From Paragordius varius (lineage: Eukaryota; Animalia; Nematomorpha), in assembly GCA_964247055.1 (NCBI GenBank), contig OZ176058.1:1364001-1428000 (forward strand): DNA of 64,000 nt. The letters run 5' to 3'. Position numbers and translations under genes: made by a program. Within the stretch, counting starts at the first letter, position 1. Every line of letters begins with the position of its first letter. Below are positions 1 to 11,984 of the stretch, one piece after another. The notes beneath the pieces are model-generated. The model was not told where the DNA came from. It made no database searches and worked only from the letters and a program-made list of their open reading frames with translations.

Positions 1-1100
1 GAAAAAATTATAGATGATTGAAGAAAGATGATCTACACTTTCATTCGTTTTAGAATGGCGTCCAATCAGGGTTGTAAATTGAAGAAAGACTGCACATATA
101 TAAATTATATGAAGATCAGGTGTTAACTCAAAGATGACCTGTAGTTTAATTTGATACTTTTAAATTTTGAAGCTGATATTGAGTAAGATATCTATGTACT
201 CGATATAGATCATTTCTAGTAAAGCGAAAAAAATAAACCATTGATCGCGACACGAAATTCTTGCTGACCATTTCAATTGTAAATGCATATTATTGTCCAA
301 TTACCTACTTAATAAACAGGGAGGCGAGAATCAACAAGATTTATGATTGATATATAAACTAAAAGGAATGTCTTTCTTCCAAACGTTAGAAGAGACTTTT
401 GGATAACTAAAACATCAAGTAAACTATAGTAAAAAAAAGCACTATGAAACAAAGTTTGGGAAAAAACATAATGGATGGATAAACACCATCATTAGCCTAA
501 AACCAAAAGCACCATATTAATATATTTCTATATATCATAATATATGTGTATTTTTCCGGAAGGAAAATAAGACTTCATTAACGACAATAAAATCCAAATC
601 AAAACAGGCAGACAATTATTACCCTTCAAAACAATAGAATCTCATTTACATCTTTATTTTAATATTAGTCAAAAACCCCAAACTCCATATATATTGTGTT
701 ATTGATTTAAGTAGATGATCAAGTGTGAGAAGTCGATGTAGATAATAAAATAGAGGCGAAGACTTTTTACACCGTTGAAAGAAGAAGATTACTACAGCAA
801 GTTAGTGATGAAATATGTAAACTATAAAAAATTAATAAAATATATATAAAAAGGAATTAATATATGTTTTACCATCAAATGCTAATTAAATGGCATATGC
901 CTTAATTAATAAAAGTTTTATAACTATATTAAAAAACATCTATTTTTATTGTATATAATTAAATATTGAGCATATTGGAGCCATATATCCAAAGATATTT
1001 AAAATTGCCTAGTACAACATAAACTTAAAACATCAGGCCAAAAAATTTATGAATTTTAATCTTCAAAAAAAACACGTTTTATGGAAAACAAACATGTGAT

Positions 1101-1470
1101 TTACCCTCCTCCGCCGCCACTACGTCTATACGAGGGAGGTGAACGACCTCCACGTGGACCTGGGCCACCACGTGGTGGTCGGTCGTCATAGTAACCGCCA
1201 CCTCCACCGCCATAATAATCACGTCGGCCACCACCACCAGCTGGTGGGTAGTCACGTGATGATCCACCATAATAATCTCCTTCATCACGCCCACCGCTGC
1301 CGTTACCATAGTAACGCCTGTCACCAGCTGATCCACGATAACCGCCACCACCACCGGCTGATCCTCGGTAACCTCCTCGTCTGCCACTATTGTTGTCTCT
1401 ATCTCCGCCCCCTCTATTCTTTGATTTCCCATGTGACAGTTCGACGCGGACACGTACACCACAAACTTTT
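1101..1470 (-). CDS. SRSF3: SRSF3-type protein, coding exon 2 (RRM end plus Gly/RGG/Tyr-rich tail)
   Basis: Acceptor TTTTAG| at 1472-1471. Joined to exon 1 it reads T-KVCGVRVRVELSHGKSKNRGGGDRD...PRGGRSPPSYRRSGGGGG* with in-frame TAA at 1103-1101, which overlaps a possible donor GG|GTAAAT. The ORF-track calls here are other frames. Confidence 0.85.
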
Positions 1471-2136
1471 CTAAAATATGTTTTGTAAAATAAAAAAATA
1501 TTTTTGTCTATCTAACAGTTACAGTCACGTTATCCTTTATTTTATCATTTTCCTCGTTAAATAGGGGTATAAATATTTGTTTATAATTAAGGATATTAGA
1601 AATTATCTTAACCTATTCTTATTTTGAAAGTTCCCGAGAAAAAAAATCTCGTGTTTAAAAAAATATGGTTGTTTTTAAGAAAAACGAGTTTTTGTCTTTT
1701 AATTTTTAGGTTTTGTCAGAAATTATATCAAATTTTTACTATTATATTTCAGTAAATTAAAGTTTTGAGTATTTTACGGGCAAAAAAAATGATGAATTTT
1801 TTATCGGATGTGCAGAGATTGGTCAAAAAAGTAAATGAATTTATTTTTAATTTTATTATTTTATAAGAAACTGCCAAAACAATATTTCATACGCTATATA
1901 GAAAATGAGATATATGTTTCCATTAAAACACTTTTTTAAAGGGCGTTTTTTTGTTTAAAATCGAGTATAATAACAAATCCATCTTATATTCCAAAAATTT
2001 CAATTTGTGCAAAATATTTTCTTTCTAAGTAAAAAAATGGTTTCGTATTATTTAATATCCTGTCCGGAAGTTTTATAAAACACAAACTTTTTTTTAAAAA
2101 AAACTTTTAAAAAAATAAATAAGGAGGAAATTAATA

Positions 2137-2331
2137 TAGTATAAGTAAGTATACATTGCTAGAAAGATATTAATTATTGCCAAATAGTAAATACAACAAA
2201 GGGGGCAGTATTATTGGCTTAAAATTATTTTTTTCACTTTTTAGTCTATTATTAGCCAATAATAATTCTCTCTGCATATGCTATTTGGCAATAATTAATA
2301 TCTTTCGAGCAAAGTATACTTACTCATACTG
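2137..2331. mobile_element. MITE family B (CAGT-ended, TA-flanked, Tc1/pogo-like), copy in the SRSF3 intron
   Basis: Long TIR (T/C)AGTAT(A/G)AGTAAGTATACATTGCTAGAAAG...CTTTCGAGCAAAGTATACTTACTCATACTG followed by TA. Related copies at about 6870-7051 and 52414-52901. Confidence 0.7.
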
Positions 2332-2758
2332 TAATTTTTGTACATTATAAAAAATATTTTGTTGATTTTAGTAATAAATAAATAATTCAATATATCTTTA
2401 AGGCAACCTTTTTCAACATATATGAAGCAAAAATTGCATAGTTTCTTACTATGTAAAATTATATTATCAAATAACTTTTAAATAAATTGGTAAATCTAAT
2501 TTTAATCTTTTGCCAATTTCCAATAAATGACAATTTTTTATATTCACAAAAATAAAAATATTTTAAAAAATAAAAATATTTTAAAAAATAAAAATTAGTC
2601 TAAGTTTAAAATTTCCTTAAACCTAGTATGTTTAGAAAAAATGTAAGAAATCACATAAATTACTTTATACAAAAGTCACAAAAAATAAATTTTAACAATT
2701 CCTAAATATTTTAAATAAAATAAAAAATTAATCAAAAAATGTATATGAAGAGCATTAC

Positions 2759-2970
2759 GTTCCATCCAAAGCTTTAACGGCATCATCTGCGTCGCGTGGA
2801 TCTTCGAATTCAACAAAAGCAAATCCTGCAGGATTTCGAGCAACCCAAACATTCCTTAAACGCCCATATTGATTGAAGACAGCTCTTAAATCATCTGGAC
2901 TAACTTCTTCTTTCCCCAAGTCTCCGACATAAACTTTACAATCCAAAGGACAGTTTTTCATTTGAGCCAT
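2759..2970 (-). CDS. SRSF3: SRSF3/SRp20-type SR splicing factor, coding exon 1 (RRM)
   Basis: Translation [19 protein letters not shown]...[33 protein letters not shown] matches the SRSF3/RBP1 RRM as I recall it. Donor AC|GTAATG at 2759/2758, phase 2. Confidence 0.88.
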
Positions 2971-3447
2971 ATTGAAACAACTTGAGTGTTGGTTATACTA
3001 CAAAAAAGTGAAATCGTTGATTGATTGATTTGAAAAAATTCTAAAAAAAATATGTTTTGTCGATTAAAATTAGGAAAATTTACGACTTCAAAACGGTTTA
3101 TTATCAAATATTTAGTAAATTAAACCATTTTACAAGTTTGCGCTTACACAGCGCAAAATCGGAGGGTATAAAGTTTCTGTTAATATATCAAGATTTTCAT
3201 GGTGTTTTCGGTTATGTTAATAATAATTTGGGAAGGTCATTACCATTTTTGGTTACTTTTTCATATCAAAAATTGCATTTAAACACATATGCAAAAGCTT
3301 GATAGTAATAAATGATGAATTTTTGAAAAAAATATATTATATTTAACAACAATGTTTTAATCGAAATGTAGTAGAAATATTAGCATCATCATATTATATA
3401 GCAAAATTTATAACCTGAAGCATGTTATTATTTCTATATGTGTTTAA

Positions 3448-4004
3448 CACTTTGATTCAAATTGGGGTATCTAAATAACCGAGATAAAATTAAAGTTAAG
3501 TTTTTTGAAAAACTACTGAGGGAAACGGTCGTATTTAAATTTATGCATCTATCCTAAAAAAAATTATAATATGCCAAAATATCTAAAAAAATTTGTTTCG
3601 AAAAAACACTTCCAAGGCAAACTATTTCGACCAATTTTATTTTGCAAATTTTTGCAAAATATCGTCTTCATTTAATTTTAAGAGTAAAATAAAAGCTAAT
3701 TTTTTATTTAAAATACATCTAACATTGAAAATAAAAAAAGCAGTTTATTTTGTATTTTTTGATTTTACCATTTCACACATGTCACGTTTTCGGAATTTTT
3801 ACCTTTCGGTTTTCGCTTAAAATAAATAATATTAATTTTTGAAAAAATTTAAATATTTCGGTTAATTATGTTATTAAGTGCAAAATTTTCCCATAACTTC
3901 GATTCTTTCATTATTTTTAGAAGAATTTTATTTTAAACAGGCCTGGGCTATCCAACTACCCCTATTTGAATCAGAGGACTCAAATAATGTGTTGTATCCA
4001 AGTG
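3448..4004. mobile_element. piggyBac-type MITE (TTAA-flanked), copy 1
   Basis: TTAA|CACTT...AAGTG|TTAA termini with subterminal inverted GATTCAAATTGGGGTA/TACCCTATTTGAATC. Internal sequence is the reverse complement of 4879-5430. Confidence 0.7.
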
Positions 4005-4878
4005 TTAATATAAGCTTTAACAAAATTTAGCAATAAATTAAATTTTAAGCATATTTTTTCGGAAATAACTTTTTTTGCTAAAATTAAAATATATTAAGAA
4101 TTTTCAGAGCATCTTGGAATTTTTGAGTTTTATTTATGAAATAACACATATTTAAAGAGCAAAAAATGGTCCGTTAAAATTTTAATATTTTTTAGATGCT
4201 TGTAGTGTTAAACCTCAAAAGGAACTAAAAGCAGTACTCCTGATATATTTGCTATCAGAGTATTTTTAATTCATCGGGATGTTTTTTATAATCATATGGG
4301 GGACAATGATTGGAGACAAATAGAATTAAGCGAAATTTATAATTGTTCAGCATCATCAAATAATATAGGAAACATTGACATTGATTACACATTTTAAACT
4401 GTTTTTATACCTCCACCATGCTTCAAGATACGATAAAATTAGTTTTGTTATAACTGAAATTTTTGAGCGAAACATCCATATAAACATTATTTTGATCTCA
4501 AATTTACCAATTTTAAAGGTTCTTATCGTGAGGTCCATTTTAAAAATATTCCAAATAGAACATTTTTGCTAAACCTCGTGTTTTTTTTATTTTCATGATA
4601 AAATAAATGCTAAATTTTTTTAAAAATACATACATTGAAAGAAAAATTATTTTATATATAGTGCACACATGTTATGTTAACTGTATACCTCGAGGTTCTA
4701 TTAAATAGATGTGATCAAGTTTTCAATGAATGTTGTATATATGGGTACATCTATTTTTAAAAGTGCCCACTTTTGCAATGGTTTTAATTCTTTTCATTTT
4801 TAGAAATAATTAATTTTAAACAGGCTGGAGATCTTTAAGAACCCCATTTTCGGATGACTGAAAAAAATGTGTTGTTAA

Positions 4879-5430
4879 CACTTGGATACAACATACTCAT
4901 TTTAGTCGTTCGATTCAAATTGGGGTAGGATACCCCAGGCCTGTTTAAAATCAAATAGGTAAAAAGTATGGAAGCAATCGAAACCATGGCAAAATTTTGC
5001 ACTTATATAACAATAATAAACCGAAATATATAAAAAATTTTATTCAATACTTGATATTACTTATTTTGAGCTAAAACTGAAAGGTAAAAATTTAGTCAAA
5101 GTGACATGTGTAAAATTGTAAAATTAAAAAATAATACAAAATAAACCGCTTTTTTTATTTCTCTCAATGTTAGATGTAATTTATATAAAAAATAAGCCCC
5201 TTAAAATTAAATGAATATTTTGCAAAATTTTTTAAAATAAAAATGGCGTCGAAGTAGTTTGAAATGGAACTTTTTTTTCAAAACAAAATTTTATCAAGAT
5301 ATTTTGGCATATTTATGTAATATTTATCAGGATAGAAGCATAAATTTAATTTGGGACCGTTTCCTTCAGTAGTTTTTTAAAAATTTTAATTTAAATTTAG
5401 TCTTAGGTATTTAGATACCCCAACGAAGTG
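4879..5430. mobile_element. piggyBac-type MITE, copy 2 (opposite orientation)
   Basis: TTAA|CACTTGGATAC...GAAGTG|TTGA; alignable by eye in reverse to 3448-4004. Confidence 0.65.
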
Positions 5431-6235
5431 TTGACAAGGCTTGCCCAAATTATTTTAAATTTTCCATATAAGCGGTACATATAAAGAAAAAATGATCAGA
5501 ATATGATAAAATTTTAATAGTTATATATATAAACTTTATAATCATCCATTTTTAAATAATTAATTTATCTTTTAGAATAAACCCAAAAATTTTATTTAAT
5601 GAAAAATGCAGTTTTAGATTTCGAATAATATTACTCAATAGTACCGATTTGCGTTAAAGTTAAATCATAAACTTAAATATAAATATCGATATGATTAACG
5701 TGGTCTTTAGTAATAGATTGTCTGTGGGACCCGCGTTTCATTCTCCATTCTACCTCTAAATAGTGTCTTAAAATAAGGTTTAATTTACAGTAAAGATTGA
5801 AATTATACAGGCAAAGCGAAAAAATATGTCATTTTTAAAAGAAAGAGACAATTGTATTTCTTCAACATTGATTTTTCCGATATAATATAGTGTATTTTTA
5901 AATAGTTAATTTTCATTTTGTTATTATATCAATCAATTTATTATTAAGTGATCATATCATTGTTATATTTAGACAACTCAAGGTAAAAAAAGTATATTTT
6001 CAAAAAAAAGTTTATTTCAGTTCTTACCTTTTGTCTATATAATTTAAATTTTTACTGGATAGACGGGGAAAAGAGCTTTAAATTAAATTTTAAATCCATT
6101 ATAACCATTTTTAAACCTGAGTCACACGGCGATTAACCATTTCAAAATCAAATGTTTTAATCAGGGGAATACTCTATGCGCCAAATTATTTGCCCTAGGT
6201 CAAAATTTGTTAAATTCTTTGAAAATATTTTATAC

Positions 6236-6311
6236 CAATAGGAGTTTCGCCGTCATTATTTTTGGGCTCTATGTCAGAACCGTTGGATATTAGCAGCTCA
6301 ATTATAGTTGG
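6236..6311 (-). CDS. Ankyrin-repeat exon of an unresolved gene
   Basis: TTTTAG|...|GTATAA-bounded 76-nt exon translating PTIIELLISNGSDIEPKNNDGETPI, matching the ankyrin consensus (ELL..GAD....D..G.TP). Flanking exons could not be assigned. Confidence 0.55.
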
Positions 6312-6869
6312 CTAAAATAAATAAAAATTAGGAAATTTATACATTATTAAGATTATGTTTAAAAAAGTGAATAAAAAATTAATATAAATATATATGTTTT
6401 TGATTTTGTTTTTATGATTCATGAATCTTAAGTGAAAAGCTAGCTATTGATTTATAAACTACAAATAAAAAATAAATTGTAAAATTAACTAGTTACAAAA
6501 TTATTAAAAAAGAAAGATAAATAAAGGCAAAACAAAAATAAATTATAACCAAGCATATTACAGAATGAGTACAGTCATGTATCCTTTATGTTACCAAAAG
6601 TTTTTTTTTTTTTCATATTTGGTAAATAATAGTAAAAACAAGAAGTATAATAATTACCATAGGTCTACAGTCATGTATCCTTTATTTTATCAAAAATTTA
6701 TTTTCCCTTAAATGTAAGCGTATAATAAATATTTGTTTTAGAATGGAAAAAACAAGAGCTCTATGGTAATTCCTATACTTTTTTGATACCATGGAGTTCT
6801 TGTTTTTTCCATTCTTTACCAGTATTTATACCTATTGAACGAAAAAAATAAATATTTAATAAAATAAAG

Positions 6870-7051
6870 GATACAATTGCTAGAAAGTTATTAAATATTG
6901 CCAAATATCATATGAATCTAAGAGAATTATTATTGGCTAATAATGTTAAAAAGAGAATAACTATAACAATAATACTACCCTTTTGTTATATATATATATG
7001 CTATTTGGCAATAATTGATAAATTTTTAGCAATGTATACTTACTCATACTG
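6870..7051. mobile_element. MITE family B copy
   Basis: TTGCTAGAAAGTTATTAAATATTGCCAAAT...ATTTGGCAATAATT...GCAATGTATACTTACTCATACTG|TA; left end truncated by an adjacent small CAGTCATGTATCC-ended element (about 6668-6875). Confidence 0.6.
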
Positions 7052-7741
7052 TAAGTAATTCAGACTTATTGGTAACACGCTCAATTAGATATTAAAAAAT
7101 GTTATTTTGCTTGTTTATGTAGTAATTAATGTTTAGATTTAATTAAATTATTTTAATAAAAATTGTATATCAGTTTTTAATAAATTTTATTTTAAAAAGA
7201 CCTATTTTTAAACAGATTTATTTATATATAACCCATAGTTTCATGTTGCAATTATTAAAGCCGGAAAAGAACTCAATTATATATTTTCAGAATTGTAATT
7301 TTTTAGTTTATGTAGGAAATATCAATAAAAAAGTATCTTTTAAATAACAATACATTCTTTATAATTTTGATGTGGCATAATTTTTATCCCTACTGTACCA
7401 ATTATAAAATGTAAGCGTTTAAATATATTCGTAAAAAGATGGCGTATGTATACTAAATTTAGTAATAAATAAAAAATATATAAAAATAAATAAATTATTT
7501 AAAATTATTCTTAAATTTTGTAGTAAATTTTATCTTAAATTTATAATTTAAGGTAAATAATATATTTATATTTTATTCATTAAGTTAACATTTTAAGTAT
7601 GTTTAAAGACCGTGACTGTGACCGCTTTTAAAAATAACCAGTCAAAAAAGCACAATTTTTGAAAATTAATATTTTAATATTACAAATTAATGTTAAAATT
7701 TACAATAATAGAATTAATTAAGTCAACGTGTGAATATATAA

Positions 7742-8211
7742 TACCATTTACAGTTCAAATTCACCCTTTACCCTCAAACAATTCAAATTCACCCTTAAAC
7801 AATTCAAATTCACCATTAAACAATTTACCTTTGAACAATTCAAATTCACCTTCAAACAATTCAATTTCACCCTTGAGCAATTCAAATTCACCCTAAAAAT
7901 AAATTGTGTTTTTGAACTAATATAACTCATTATTAGTATGAAATACATCTTTATGGCATAGTTATTATTTACTTTTTCAGTATTATTTTAATTTAATACA
8001 AAATTTTTATTTTTAAAAAATATATAGAAATATTGGTAATTTTAATCCTAAAAAACATATATTTCAGTTAGGGGTGAATTTAATTGTTTAAGGGTGAATT
8101 TGAATTGTTTAAGGGTGAGTCTGAATTGTTTAACGATGAATTTGAATTGTTCAGGGGTGAATTTGAATTGTTTAAGGGTGAATCTGAATTGAATTTGAAT
8201 TGTAAATGGTA
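7742..8211. mobile_element. MITE family A (ends shared with the palindromic DD34E transposon), copy 1
   Basis: TACCATTTACAGTTCAAATTCACCC...GAATTGTAAATGGTA termini with 21-bp AACAATTCAAATTCACCCTT(G/A) subterminal repeats. Confidence 0.85.
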
Positions 8212-8219
8212 TATTATTA

Positions 8220-9900
8220 ACAAACAAAAAATTTATTAATAAAGCTTATATTTCAGTCATGTAAGCATGATATTGATCACAGTTATACATATATACCAGT
8301 AAAAAGCATTTATATGGGATTAAAAATTTTGGAAAAAATATTAAATTAATCCATATAACCAAGTGAGTGGGTATGGATTATATTATATTAAATAATAAAG
8401 ATTGATTATTTGTGTTATTATTGTGCTATAAAACAAAGTCCATATTATATTGATAGATTATATCCATCAGATCTGTTGAGTATAGAGCAATAATTTTTTT
8501 AATTTCAATAATTACTTCTAATATTAATACGTTTAAAGGGGTTGTTAATATTGTGTAGTACATCGGTTTTAATTATTTGGTGGCCTTCGTTACAGAGACG
8601 TGTTCTACTAGGTCAGAATTAGGTTCGTACTATTGATGTTTTTTTAATCTAATATTAATTTTATTAACCATTCGTTGTGCTTGATATACTGTTGATGTTT
8701 TTTTAATCTAATATACTAATTTTATAAACCATTCGTTGAGCTTGATATACTGTTGATGTTCTTTTAAATTTAATATATTAATTTTATAGAATAAAATTTA
8801 CTATGAATTCTAACTAGGGTTGTGCTGACCAAGTCATGACCAGGTCAGTGACTATTTATTTTTGACCACGGTCATTTTAAAAAACAGCTGTTTTTTCAAA
8901 AAATGTTGATAATTTTTTTAGAAGAGAATAAAAATTGATTTTAATGTTTACTAAAAAGAGTGACTATATCTAATGAAAAACTCAACCATACCCTTACAGA
9001 AAAACCCACACATACTAATTTCTACCTAAACCCAAATTCACATCATTATCCACCCCAAAAACATTCAGTAATTACCACATTAATAAAACGAGCTTACAAT
9101 ATATGTGATCCACTCAAGTCAGAAATCAATATACACTTAAAAATACATTTGAAATTAATGGTTATTCAAAGGCTCTTTTTAATAAAATACATAATAAAAT
9201 AACACGTAAAAATAATAATACATTTGTGGCGACAGCCATTTTACCTTACATTCAAAATGTCACCCCAAAAATTGGCAAAATCTTAAATAACTTTAATATT
9301 TGGTCAGTATCCACACAACCTTTCAAAAAAACTAAAAAATTTTACAAAAGCTAAAGTTCCAAATTCTTCGAGACAAATTACCGGAGTAACGAAGGCCCCC
9401 AAATAATTAAAACCGAGGTATTACACAATATCAACAACCCTTTTAAAGGATTAATTTTAGAAGCAATTATTGAAATTAAAAAGAATAATGCTCTATATAC
9501 TCAATAGAGTTGATGGATAAAATCTATCAATATAATATATATTTTTTTTGATTTCGTTTTAATTTCTTTTTTTATCCTAAAGAAGGTTATACAATTATAA
9601 CCGAAAATTAGATATTTATTAAATAAATTAATATTTATTTTTTAAAAATCATTATATGCATTATTGCTTAACTTAATATGGACTTATGTTTTATAGTGCA
9701 TTAACAATACACAAATAATCAATCTTTATTATTTAATATAATATTCACAAATCTAAACAATCCATTACACCTTGATTATATGTATTAATTTAATTTTTTA
9801 ATCCTATAATTGCTTTTTACTGGTATATACAACTGTGTTCAATATCATTGCTACCATGATTGAAATATAAGCTCTATCAATAAAGTTTTTATTTGCTAAA
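8220..9900 (+). mobile_element. Degenerate 5'-truncated Penelope-like retroelement with an inverted copy of its 3' end
   Basis: About 8995-9170 reads EKPTHTNFYLNPNSHHYPPQKHSVITTLIKRAYNICD...NGY (PLE RT C-terminal motif), then TAILPYIQNVTPKIGKIL and a GIY-YIG-like end LILEAIIEIKKNN, with frameshifts. About 8225-8620 is the reverse complement of about 9385-9895. Confidence 0.75.
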
Positions 9901-10055
9901 TTAATTATCATAAATTAAATTTTTAAAAAATTACAAATACACCAATTATTAATAATTTTTAAATTAATAGTATTTTTTTTAATTTTACACTAAAAATTAC
10001 AATAGTTTAAGTAAATAAACCTTAGAGACACATATATTTATAATTAGAATAAACA

Positions 10056-11920
10056 ATAAAAATTGAAGTTATATGGACAAAACATGAAAATATAAAGACA
10101 AATTTTTTTTTCTAAAAGACAACCATATACATTTTATTTCGTAATTTTTTGCAAAACACTCAGTGTTTAAAATGTTGTGAAATAGATATTATATAAATAT
10201 TAAATTTATACGGATAAAACGAACCATACTTCTTCTAAACCTTAATTTCTCTAATATATATTTAGTTACAATTGTAAAATATAGAATGTCTATTTCACAC
10301 TTTGCCAATTAAAACAATGGTAAATATTGAAATAAATCATGATTTAAAAAGTATGGTTGTATTTTTGAAAAAAATATCAATCTTTATATTTTTACGTTTT
10401 GTCCGTATAATTTCAGTTTTTATTGGAATAATAACCAAATCATTTTTATGTTTTACATTATAATTATATAGCTTATATAGGTTGTCCTATGGAGATTCTT
10501 AATTTTTACCATAAATAAAGATTTGTCATTTATTTTTACGTTTTGGATGTAAAAAAAACTGTATTAATCGATTTAGCTACATACACAATGCACACAAAAA
10601 TTCCTAACGAGATATTCGGGCTTTTGATTTTAAACGTACGATTATTCAAGAATAATACTTCCACTTTTCAGGCATTTGCTTCATATTAAAAAATCTCAAA
10701 ATTTGCGCTCTTAATGATAAATAACTTTTTTATTTTTTACAAATACACTCAACATTGTCGAAATTGGCTTCGTATTTAGCCCCCTCCAAAATAAATTTTT
10801 AATATAATTCATTTTTTATAAATTTGAGTATATTTTTAGAACGATATTTTAGGAATATTAACCATTGTAAGACGTACTTACAGTTAAGTTTTTAAATATT
10901 TAAATGTCAAGCAACAGTTTGAATTCAAGTTAAAAATATTACCAAAGATATCGTATTTAAATGGTTTATTAGACCACTAAATTTAGGTTTTTACAAAAAG
11001 AGATTTCCAATCGTGGGGTTAATTGAAAAAAAGTCCCAAATAAAAATTTTGCCATAATAGAGGGAATTTGTTTGCAATTACAGTAAAAAATAAATTATAC
11101 GGACAAAACGTTAAAATATAAAGACAAATTTTTTTTCAAAGATAACTTTTTAAATCTTGAATTATATCAATATAACTCATTGATTAAATTGGAAAATTAT
11201 GAAAAAGAGATGTATATTACTATCACAATCAATTCGATATTTTACAATTGTAACTAAATAGCTTATATGCGAAAGAGGTTTTTATGTTTTCTCTTAGATT
11301 AAATTTGTCTTTTCTAGACTCCTAATATTTTCCATCCATTTACGTTTTGTCCGTATATTTCAGTTTTTACAACTATTATTATAAATTTATACATGCTCTT
11401 CATAAATTAAACGAAAAAGTGTTAGCTGTAAATGTAGCCTTCAATAAATTAAATATATACCAGAAAATGGTTAAATTTTTTTACATAACCTAAAAGATTT
11501 TATAAGTCTCAAAAGTAGATAACCAAAGATCTTATAAAGGGAATGTTCGCTATCCAACTTAACAAGTGTGAATAAAACCTATTTTTTTAAATGCGCACAG
11601 TAGATAGATCACAGAGTTAAATCCAAATAATTACAATATACAGTAAAAACTGAAATTATACGGAAAAAAGTAAAAATTTAAAGACAAATTTTTTTTAAAG
11701 ACAACCCCATACTTTTATAACGCTTAATTTTTCTCATATAAATTATATAATACCAATTGTAAAATATATAATTGATTGTGAACCAAAATACATTTCAATT
11801 TTATACTTTGCAATTTAAAACAATTAGTTATCTTTTAAAAGTTCAAAAAGTATGGTTGTCTTTATAAAAAAATCATTAGTTTTCATATTTTAGGTTTTGT
11901 CCATATAATTTCAATTTTTT
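10056..11920. mobile_element. Cluster of three MITE family C copies (about 10056-10423, 11081-11370, 11641-11920)
   Basis: TA|CAGTAAAAACTGAAATTATACGGACAAAACG...AAAGACAACCATAC TIRs with their reverse complements, each element 280-370 bp. Confidence 0.65.
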
Positions 11921-11984
11921 TTCTAATATATATATTATAACCAAGGAAAATATGACTCTATATTAAATAACTAATATTTTAATG

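Noticed and set aside
1-520. Higher-complexity stretch with coding-like fragments (EKIIDDWKKDDLHFHSF..., SRHEILADHFNCKC...)
   Set aside because: Multiple stops in all frames and no family I recognise; possibly a decayed element. Needs a frameshift-aware search.
1079-1474. His-rich (+) and Val-rich (-) ORFs in the ORF track
   Set aside because: Antisense and off-frame readings of the Gly-rich SRSF3 exon 2.
3057-4572. Short AT-rich ORFs of 60-81 aa (and similar ones at 13340, 18063, 37716, 47346 and 63172)
   Set aside because: F/K/I/N-biased chance ORFs inside MITEs or spacers, with no domain signal.
7600-8880. GACC/GGTC-rich fragments near 7605-7655 and 8815-8880 resembling hAT-type ends (TAGGGTTGTGC)
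   Set aside because: Too short and degenerate to define an element or a target-site duplication.
10480-11640. Possible small exons between the MITE C copies (for example LEGAKYEANFDNVEAQILRFF...)
   Set aside because: No consistent splice model or recognisable homology by eye.
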